Origin: Oceanispirochaeta sp.
Lineage (GTDB): Bacteria; Spirochaetota; Spirochaetia; DSM-2461
Direction of reading: 5' to 3'
DNA: 64,000 bases
Assembly (NCBI GenBank): GCA_963666275.2
Contig: CAXXOA010000002.1
Coordinates: forward strand, 1,600,001-1,664,000
Shown here: piece by piece, positions 57,010 through 64,000 of the stretch
How the letters are laid out: every line of letters starts with the position of its first letter
Numbering within the stretch: the first letter of the stretch is position 1
Program-made: the position numbers and the translations under genes
The notes under the pieces: model-generated
Databases searched by the model: none
Seen by the model: only the letters and a program-made list of their open reading frames with translations
Told to the model about the DNA's origin: nothing

Positions 57010-58260
57010 ATGAATTCGAGAGAAAGGGTCCTGGCATCCCTGGCCCACAGAGAGCCTGATCGAGTCCCCATCGATCTGGGAGGAACGCCCAGTTCGGGGA
57101 TCTCCGCCCTGGCCCATGCGGGACTGATGGAGAACCTGGGCTGGGATCAGCCCACCAGAATCTACGATGTGGTGCAGCAGCTGGCCCAGCCTTCAGAGGA
57201 TCTTATTGATCTTCTGGGTGTGGATGTCCTGGATATCGGAAGAACCTTCAACCGGGAGGAGGCCGACTGGTATCCGATCACTCTGCAGAACGGAAAACAG
57301 GGCTTCTATCCCGCCTGGTTCAGACCTGTAAAAGAGGGGAGGGAATGGGCCGTCTACCACGGGGATTCGGGGACCAAAATCGCCGCCATGCCAGAGGGGG
57401 CCACATTCTTCGATCAGACCTACTTTCCCTGGAAGGACGGCTATCCCGACAGCCGGAAGGGAATGGAGGAAGCCCTGGATGAGGCGATGGATCATGTGCT
57501 CTGGTCAAAACTGGTTCACAGCCCCTGGGATCATGCAGGAGATCCGGACTTTTTCCCAACCCTCCGGGAAAGGACACGGGAGCTCCGGGAATCCACCGAT
57601 AAGGCCCTGATGGTGGTAAACGGCTGCAACCTCTTTGAGTGGGGGACCTTTCTGCGCCGGATGGACAACTTCCTGATGGACCTGTATACAGATCAGGAGA
57701 ATGTGGCTCTCCTTATGGAACTGCTGATGGAGCGGCATCTCAAGGGGCTGGAGAAAACCTGTGAAGCCCTGGGAGATCTGGTGGATGTGCTCCGCTTCGG
57801 GGATGACCTGGGCATGGACTCGGGGCCTTTCATGGGGCTGGAGGTCTACAGGGAACTCTTTCATGAGCACCGGAAAACCCTCTGTTCCTATGTGCACAAC
57901 AACAGCGGCATGAAAACCTTCCTCCATACCTGCGGGTCTATGGAACTGTTTATTCCTTCCCTGATAGAGGAGGGGATGGATATCATCAATCCTGTTCAGA
58001 CCAACTGCCGGGATATGGAGCCGGAGAGACTCAAAGAAAAATACGGAAAGGATATAGTCTTCTGGGGAGGAGGGATGGATCCCCGGGTGATCCTCAATAA
58101 CGGTACTCCTGATCAGATCCGGGAAGAGGTCCGCAGACGACTGGATACTTTTGCTCCCGGCGGCGGGTTTGTGTTCAACAACATTCACAACATTATGCCC
58201 GATGTACCGCCGGAGAATATTCTGGCCATGTTTGACGAGGTGCAGAGGTTCCATTATTAA
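57010..58260 (+). CDS. URO-D/MtaA-CmuA family protein (uroporphyrinogen decarboxylase/methyltransferase fold)
   Basis: SRERV..LAHREPDRVPIDLGG, FGDDLG, FLHTCG, INPVQ, APGGGFVFNNIHNI, VPPENI. Confidence 0.85.
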   Translation: MNSRERVLASLAHREPDRVPIDLGGTPSSGISALAHAGLMENLGWDQPTRIYDVVQQLAQPSEDLIDLLGVDVLDIGRTFNREEADWYPITLQNGKQGFYPAWFRPVKEGREWAVYHGDSGTKIAAMPEGATFFDQTYFPWKDGYPDSRKGMEEALDEAMDHVLWSKLVHSPWDHAGDPDFFPTLRERTRELRESTDKALMVVNGCNLFEWGTFLRRMDNFLMDLYTDQENVALLMELLMERHLKGLEKTCEALGDLVDVLRFGDDLGMDSGPFMGLEVYRELFHEHRKTLCSYVHNNSGMKTFLHTCGSMELFIPSLIEEGMDIINPVQTNCRDMEPERLKEKYGKDIVFWGGGMDPRVILNNGTPDQIREEVRRRLDTFAPGGGFVFNNIHNIMPDVPPENILAMFDEVQRFHY

Positions 58261-58366
58261 AGGGATGCGAAACAAAGGCTCTTCCCCGTCAGTGAAGAGT
58301 CTTTTCTCCTTTTCCGAAAGAAGATATATACTCATAGACGGAAAGTGAAAGAAAAAGGAGAGAGCC

Positions 58367-58738
58367 ATGTCTTCTTTAGAAAAACCTATTGAATCGATAG
58401 ATCAATATATCCGGCAGTTTGATGAGGATAGACAGGTCGTCCTTCAGAAGATCCGGGATATTATCCTGAAAAATGCCCCTGAAGCGGAAGAGAGGATCCG
58501 TTACGGAATTCCTACTTTTTATTTCAAAGAGAACCTGGTCCATTTTGCCTCATTCAAAAAGCACATAGGATTCTATCCCACCCCTTCGGGGATCAGCGAA
58601 TTCAGCAAAGAACTCTCTTCCTATAAAACCGCTAAAGGGTCGGTTCAGTTCCCCCTCAACCGTCCGGTTCCCTATGATCTTATAGAAAGGATTGTCCGGT
58701 TCCGGGTAGAGGAGATCCTGGGAGATCTCCCGGTGTGA
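58367..58738 (+). CDS. DUF1801/YdhG-like protein
   Basis: SIDQYI, ERIRYGIPTF, KHIGFYP, KGSVQFP. Confidence 0.85.
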   Translation: MSSLEKPIESIDQYIRQFDEDRQVVLQKIRDIILKNAPEAEERIRYGIPTFYFKENLVHFASFKKHIGFYPTPSGISEFSKELSSYKTAKGSVQFPLNRPVPYDLIERIVRFRVEEILGDLPV

Positions 58739-58772
58739 ACCCGGTATTCTCCCTGAGACCTGCCTTCCGGGT

Positions 58773-60080
58773 TTACCGGCTGTACCAGCTCTCCGCCTCC
58801 TCCATGGCAATGTCCGCCCACTCCCAGAGTCTCTGTGGTTCGTAGGCCACGGTGGAGATGTCCTTCATTATCAGTTCCACATGGCAGTTTCCCCCTGTCT
58901 CCTCCAGGAAATCCCGGATCTGCTTTCGGGCCTCTCCCGGGTCCCAGGCTGTGGTGGCGAAGACCGCCGGGTTGGGTTTGCGGCTGATTACATACTCATC
59001 CCTTATCTCTTCTATGGCTTTTTTTGTATCATTCCAGGGGCTGCAGGAGATCTTCCGCAGGTTGGGGATCCGCCGGAGCTGTACCATCTTCCCCGCCAGG
59101 GGTTCGCAGCAGCCGTAGTAGATCAGGCCCCAGCGTTCCAGCCAGCGGAGATCGTGGTCAATGGCAAATTCCCAGTGCATCTGAGGGGATACGTCGGAGA
59201 AAATCTGGGCATTGGAACAGCCCCACATATTATGGGGTCTGACATGTTCCGGATTGTAGTTCTGTCCGGGGAGCTGACTGGTGTAGCCGTACCCCCCCGA
59301 GCCGATCCGGGTATTGTTACTGTCCAGGGAGAGCAGATTCTGTTCTTCGTACTGATCCAGTTCCACCATCCAGGCGTCCACCATCCGGTCTACCGCGTCA
59401 TGCACCATTTCAGGCCGCATGATCAGATCCATCATGGCTTCTGTGACTCCCCACCAGCGGATCAGATAGTCCCAGGGGGTATACCATATATGGGTCTGTC
59501 CCATCGCTTTTACAGGCAGTATATCCCCCAGCAGTTCTTTCATGGCGTAATAGCTGTAGGCGGTGGCCTCTTCGTTGTGGGTAATCACAGGCATTCTGAT
59601 TTTGGCTATATCTTCAGGACGGGATATCTGGATTTTAAAATGCCGGGAGACGATATCGTTGGATTCGTCGGTCCGGGCCACATCAGTGTCTTCGATAATG
59701 CCGAAGTCGGTGCTGTGGATCACTTTGGGGCATTCGAACCAGGGATTGATGATCATGTCCCCTCTCATATGGTTCCACTGATAGAGGGTCTTCCGCAGGC
59801 GGTCTTCCAGATCCCGGGCCCATTTCCCTTCGCACTGCAGGGTAAGCTCGTCATTCACATTCATCTCATGCCAGGGGATTTCATTGATCCATACCATAGG
59901 GCGCCGGGACTTCAGGTCATTCATATCTCTCCATAATCCGGCTTTTTCCTTATGGACGGGGTTCTCAGCCGCCCGGGCATATTTCTCTCCCAGATTCCGT
60001 AGAATCCCCTTTTCCCGGGGGGTGAGTTCAATCGGCTCTGCCACAGAGGGCGCTTCTCTATGACTGGGGTCGTGCAGCAT
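58773..60080 (-). CDS. Divergent URO-D-fold protein of unknown function
   Basis: MMDLIMRPEMVH, VSPQMHWEF, YYGCCEPL, RKISCSPW; ATG 60080 with AAGGAG SD. Confidence 0.7.
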   Translation of the reverse strand: MLHDPSHREAPSVAEPIELTPREKGILRNLGEKYARAAENPVHKEKAGLWRDMNDLKSRRPMVWINEIPWHEMNVNDELTLQCEGKWARDLEDRLRKTLYQWNHMRGDMIINPWFECPKVIHSTDFGIIEDTDVARTDESNDIVSRHFKIQISRPEDIAKIRMPVITHNEEATAYSYYAMKELLGDILPVKAMGQTHIWYTPWDYLIRWWGVTEAMMDLIMRPEMVHDAVDRMVDAWMVELDQYEEQNLLSLDSNNTRIGSGGYGYTSQLPGQNYNPEHVRPHNMWGCSNAQIFSDVSPQMHWEFAIDHDLRWLERWGLIYYGCCEPLAGKMVQLRRIPNLRKISCSPWNDTKKAIEEIRDEYVISRKPNPAVFATTAWDPGEARKQIRDFLEETGGNCHVELIMKDISTVAYEPQRLWEWADIAMEEAESWYSR

Positions 60081-60167
60081 GTCTGGCTCCTTTTTTCCTT
60101 TTTGTTCCATCATGGAGCAGAGAATTCGGGCCCGCAAGGGGGAGTGTTAATTGTTATAGAGGCAGTG

Positions 60168-61868
60168 TCAGTTTTTGTAGTTATCCCGGAGGGATTCCAG
60201 ATAATCCCCCGGATTCATACCTCTGTATTTTTTGTAGAGGTTGAAAAAATAGTTGGCATTGGCGTACCCCACCTTCAGAGCTATCTGCGAAAGGGGCAGG
60301 GATTCCCGCATCATCAGTTCTTCGGCTTTTTCCAGGCGGAGACGGTTCAGCCAGAGGGGAAAGGAGTCTCCCGTCTCTTTTTTAAAGAGCCTTCCCAGGT
60401 AGGGGGAGGACAGATTGAAGTGATAGGCCAGGACTTTCAGTGACAGAGGGGTGTGATAGTTCTCAGCAGCATAGGCTATGACCTGTTCTATAAGGGTGGT
60501 GCTGTTCTTCCTCTTCTGTTCCTGACTGCGGAGAATCTCCAGGGATACTTCTCTGAGCCATCCCAGGGTTTCATCCATGCCGGGCTGAAGAAAGAGCTTC
60601 TTAAAAAGGTTTTCCGGTCTGCCCAGATACTCCTCCAGGGGAAGTTCCAGAGTTCGGGTGATATTCATCAGGTTGGAAAGGATTTCCATGGTGAAGCCCC
60701 TGAAATAGTCCATGGTCACAGAGCTGTCCCGGCTGAAATCCTCTGCCAGCTGACGGAAGTAACCTGAAACCTCCTCCCGGCGGCACTCCATGATGAGCTG
60801 GTACAGGTAGTCGGGCGTGGAGTTCTTTTTTTCCCGGGGCGCTACAAGGTCCAGTATATTGTCCCGGTCCAGAAGATGGACGGGCAGGGGGTTCATGCCG
60901 GAGATTGCCAGGCCGTGGAAATAGTCGGCACAGACCTGAACGGCCAGAGCCCCGTCCCGGCGGGGATCCTGATAGGTTATGGCTTTGAGCTTCCCCTCCC
61001 GGATAAAGCGGATCCCCCTGGGGGTGCTCCCGTTGGCGACGCAGATCACATCGCTGCGGCAGGCTTCCTCCAGAGCCTGGTTGATTCCCTCCTGGGCTTC
61101 GCTGTCATCGGCGCAGATTATGCCCTTCAGAGCCGGGCCGTGGACAGACAGCCATCCTCTGATAGTATCGCAGGTTTTCCGGCTGTCCAGATCGGTGGAT
61201 GCCATCTCCAGAAGCTCCATGGCGGGGGCTCCTTTATTCAGTTCCGTAATGGCTGCCCAGCTGCGGGCGTAGTAGGATGAGGTCTCTTCCCGGTGGCAGA
61301 TGATGCCATAGCCCCCCCGATTATTCATGAGCGAAGCAAAGCGGCGGGAAAGGAGGCGGAACTGTTCCCAGTCGTCCGGCCCGGTCCAGGAGAGGATATA
61401 GGGATAGTCCTTTTCATCGGGGGTAAAGTTAGACGCTATGAGAGGAATCCCTGCGCTGTAGGCCTTCCGGATCATTGCACCGGCATTTTCCTGATCTTCC
61501 GCCCAGAGAATGATCAGGTCCGGCTTCAGCCTGAGGACCCTTTCCATCTGCTGGTCCTGAAGGTCCGAATCCCATTGACAGTCCAGTATGGTCAGGGCGA
61601 TTCCATAGCTTTCGGCCTTTTCCCGCATCCCTTCCTGGTACTCCCGGCTGTAGGGATGGTCTCCCGGTACCAGGGCCATGACCTCTTTACCCTTGGGGCC
61701 TCCCGGAGGGGAGGGGGGCTGGGGCTCTTTTTTCACCATCCATCCCGCATACTCCCTGTCGTACCAGTGGCGTTCATCCTCCCAGGGGTAGCTTTCGGGA
61801 AAGTCAGGCCGGGGAGGGATCTCCTTGCCCCGGTTTTCCCAGAACAGGGGGGTATGGGATGGGGTCAT
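60168..61868 (-). CDS. AraC-family regulator with an N-terminal sugar-binding-protein domain
   Basis: Type I binding-protein domain without signal peptide; C-terminal YLGRLFKKETG...RLEKA...VGYANANYF. Confidence 0.9.
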   Translation of the reverse strand: MTPSHTPLFWENRGKEIPPRPDFPESYPWEDERHWYDREYAGWMVKKEPQPPSPPGGPKGKEVMALVPGDHPYSREYQEGMREKAESYGIALTILDCQWDSDLQDQQMERVLRLKPDLIILWAEDQENAGAMIRKAYSAGIPLIASNFTPDEKDYPYILSWTGPDDWEQFRLLSRRFASLMNNRGGYGIICHREETSSYYARSWAAITELNKGAPAMELLEMASTDLDSRKTCDTIRGWLSVHGPALKGIICADDSEAQEGINQALEEACRSDVICVANGSTPRGIRFIREGKLKAITYQDPRRDGALAVQVCADYFHGLAISGMNPLPVHLLDRDNILDLVAPREKKNSTPDYLYQLIMECRREEVSGYFRQLAEDFSRDSSVTMDYFRGFTMEILSNLMNITRTLELPLEEYLGRPENLFKKLFLQPGMDETLGWLREVSLEILRSQEQKRKNSTTLIEQVIAYAAENYHTPLSLKVLAYHFNLSSPYLGRLFKKETGDSFPLWLNRLRLEKAEELMMRESLPLSQIALKVGYANANYFFNLYKKYRGMNPGDYLESLRDNYKN

Positions 61869-61984
61869 AATCTCGTTCCTTCAGGGCGCTTCATCATCCT
61901 CTCCTGTCAGCACTCAGAATTCCTCATGTTCAGAATAGGTCAGGTTCCGGGATCCTGTAAACCTGGAGAATTTTCCGATTTGAT

Positions 61985-62050
61985 TGTAAAAATTTCGGAT
62001 AAATAAAAGCTTTTTCAGGATCTATTGTGAAAAAATCCGAAATTTTTGCA
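61985..62050. promoter_or_regulatory. 16-bp inverted repeat in the divergent promoter region
   Basis: TGTAAAAATTTCGGAT (61985-62000) and ATCCGAAATTTTTGCA (62035-62050), 15/16 complementary. Confidence 0.55.
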
Positions 62051-62156
62051 TTTTTTCCCATAATTTTTCCGGTAGCGGGATTAAAAAATCGGCTCCTACA
62101 ATAATACATACCACCGGGGGAAACGGTGGTTTTCACAAAAAATAAAGGAGTTTATA

Positions 62157-63332
62157 GTGAAAAAAATCGTAACAGTTTTACTGACAGTCGCACTGAGTTT
62201 TTCTCTTTTTGCGAACGGACAGCAGGATGCCGCTTCATCCATGAGCGAGGAAGAAAAATCCGCCAATCTGAGTGCTTCCAAAGCCATTGATATCTCAGAC
62301 GTCCGGGGCAGCGACGGTCAGCTTCTTCTCATGTACGGAGATACAAGACCGGTACCTCCCAAACCCGCCGACAAAGAAATGGCCGATCTGTGGAACCTGG
62401 AATATGCAGGACGTCAGACCAAAAAACTTCCCCTGCTGGAATCTCCCGCAGACGGAATCATCGGAAAGAAAATCATTATGATCATGCAGTCCGAGCATCC
62501 CTACTGGACAGCCGTTGCCAACGGATCCAGAATGGCCTGTGAAGCCTTCATGGCTGATTTCGAAATGTGGAACCCCAACGGCGACCTGAATCAGCAGAAC
62601 CAGTTTGTTGACAGAGCCATTGCCGAAGGCGCCGACATGGTACTTCTGGCTCCTCTCGATGCCAAAGCCGGTGTTCAGCAGTTCAAAAAACTCTACGATG
62701 CCGGTATCCCCGCTATCGCCTACAACATGATCCCCACCGATGAAGCTATGAGATACGTTCTTGCCATCACCGCTCCCGACGATTTCGGACAGTTCAAAAT
62801 GCTGGCTGAATACATGGCTCAGGATGTGGGCGGAAAAGGCGGAGTCGGGTACATAACCCATATCCCCGGAGGATCTCCCTACTTTTCAAGAACAACCAAT
62901 GTTATCAACTATCTGAAAGAAAACTATCCCGAAATGGACGCTCTTGATGTTCAGTCTCCCGGATTCGATGCTCCTAAAACAAAACAGGTTGTGGCCGACT
63001 GGATTACCCGGTTCGGTGATGAACTGACCTGTATCGTTCTGGCAGATGACTCTGCTCAGGCTCTGGGTGCTACCCAGGCTCTGGAAGAAGCCGGAAGAGA
63101 CGATGTATATGTGATTGCCGCCGGAAACTCCAAAATCGGAATGGACCTTGTGAAAGCCGGTAAAATCAAAGCCATCACCTATCAGTCTGCCGAAGCGGAC
63201 GGTGCTGTTCCCATTAAAGTGGCCGCCGACTATTTCAACGGTGTCGATCTTGGACCCAATGCGGCATTCTACCTTCCCCAGGCTGTTATTACTCCTGAGA
63301 ACGTAGACGACTACATGCCCGCTCAGTGGTAA
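62157..63332 (+). CDS. Sugar ABC transporter substrate-binding protein (RbsB-like)
   Basis: Leader ...LFANGQQD, HPYW, AGIP, DDSAQALGA, ITYQ; GTG start with AAGGAG SD. Confidence 0.9.
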   Translation: MKKIVTVLLTVALSFSLFANGQQDAASSMSEEEKSANLSASKAIDISDVRGSDGQLLLMYGDTRPVPPKPADKEMADLWNLEYAGRQTKKLPLLESPADGIIGKKIIMIMQSEHPYWTAVANGSRMACEAFMADFEMWNPNGDLNQQNQFVDRAIAEGADMVLLAPLDAKAGVQQFKKLYDAGIPAIAYNMIPTDEAMRYVLAITAPDDFGQFKMLAEYMAQDVGGKGGVGYITHIPGGSPYFSRTTNVINYLKENYPEMDALDVQSPGFDAPKTKQVVADWITRFGDELTCIVLADDSAQALGATQALEEAGRDDVYVIAAGNSKIGMDLVKAGKIKAITYQSAEADGAVPIKVAADYFNGVDLGPNAAFYLPQAVITPENVDDYMPAQW

Positions 63333-63363
63333 TCGCCCTGAGTCACTGACTTGTAAAAAAGCT

Positions 63364-63391
63364 GGGAGGCGGCCGCAGGCTGCCTCCCTTT
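63364..63391 (+). terminator. Intercistronic hairpin after the binding-protein gene (mRNA stabiliser or partial terminator)
   Basis: GGGAGGCGGCC-gca-GGCTGCCTCCC followed by TTT. Confidence 0.6.
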
Positions 63392-63428
63392 CGCATCGGA
63401 ATAATAAAATGCATTTGGGAGTAAAAAA

Positions 63429-64000
63429 GTGGGAGATCCGACAGTCGCATTGCGGATGGAGAAGGTTAGTAAAAGATTCCCCGGTACTTTAGCTATCAAT
63501 AAAGTGGATTTTGAAGTACGGGCCGGAGAAGTGCATGCCCTTATGGGTGAGAACGGAGCCGGAAAATCCACTCTTATGAAGATCCTGGCCGGTTCCTATC
63601 CGGATTATACAGGACAGATCTATATTGGTTCACAGGCCGTACAGCTTTACACTCCCTCCCAGGCGAAATCCGTCGGGGTGGGAATGGTCTATCAGGAATT
63701 GAGCATCGCTTACAACCGGAGCGTCATGGAGAACATGTTCGCCGGGAATATTCCTAAAAAAGGGCTTTTTGTCGATGAAGCCAAATTGAAAGAGAAAACA
63801 AGAAAATCTTTGAAAAAAGTCAGACTGGATGAGAAAATCAACCCCGAAGCCATGATGAAAGATATCAGCCAGCATGAACAGCAGCTGATTGAAATGGCCA
63901 AGGTTTTAAATAATCACCCCTGTATCATGGTTATGGATGAGCCCACATCGGCTCTCTCCAACGAAGAGGTGAAAATGCTTTTTGAGATCATTAAAGAGAT
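63429..64000 (+). CDS. Sugar ABC transporter ATP-binding protein (RbsA/MglA-like), truncated by the window end
   Basis: Not in the ORF track. My translation from GTG 63429 gives MGDPTVALRMEKVSKRFPGTLA...GEVHALMGENGAGKSTLMKILAG...VYQEL...MDEPTSAL. Confidence 0.92.
   Translation, partial: MGDPTVALRMEKVSKRFPGTLAINKVDFEVRAGEVHALMGENGAGKSTLMKILAGSYPDYTGQIYIGSQAVQLYTPSQAKSVGVGMVYQELSIAYNRSVMENMFAGNIPKKGLFVDEAKLKEKTRKSLKKVRLDEKINPEAMMKDISQHEQQLIEMAKVLNNHPCIMVMDEPTSALSNEEVKMLFEIIKE

Noticed and set aside
57010..58260. Calling this gene hemE
   Set aside because: It lacks the RQAGRY motif of true UroD and has no heme pathway context
58367..58738. DUF1801 gene as a core part of the URO-D/sugar system
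   Set aside because: It is a widespread stand-alone family and a hairpin near 58273-58303 separates it from the upstream gene; no evidence of a functional link
58881..59936. Long antisense ORFs (351 aa here; also 50134-51162, 38091-39035, 24097-24984, 57505-58368)
   Set aside because: They lie opposite well-supported genes, lack motifs, and are explained by codon bias

Overview
Gene-dense core chromosome of a free-living spirochete. Spirochaetaceae-like affinity is inferred from the archaeal/spirochete-type pyrH, the NAAIEAAHAG chemoreceptor tip, the rplM-rpsI-recX order and the 'LFANGQQD' binding-protein leader. About 56 CDS are supported. They include housekeeping genes (pyrH, lolA-rodZ-rimO-uvrD, rplM-rpsI-recX, eno), many signalling proteins (five histidine kinases, an MCP, a REC-GGDEF-EAL protein), a two-component system divergent from a MacAB/TolC-type efflux operon, ion/osmotic transporters and a LacI/GH4 (PalH-like) pair. 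No rRNA, tRNA, CRISPR array, transposase or phage gene was recognised. The best candidate for an undescribed system is 55.8-64 kb: two URO-D/MtaA-fold proteins of unknown function, a sugar ABC transporter, a LacI regulator and an AraC regulator whose cytoplasmic sensor domain is a visible paralogue of the adjacent binding protein. Other notable items are an orphan binding protein/histidine kinase/c-di-GMP phosphodiesterase operon, a shortened HemL-like protein in a core operon, a REP-like hairpin doublet and several apparently leaderless promoters. All product calls rest on motif recognition by eye, not database searches.
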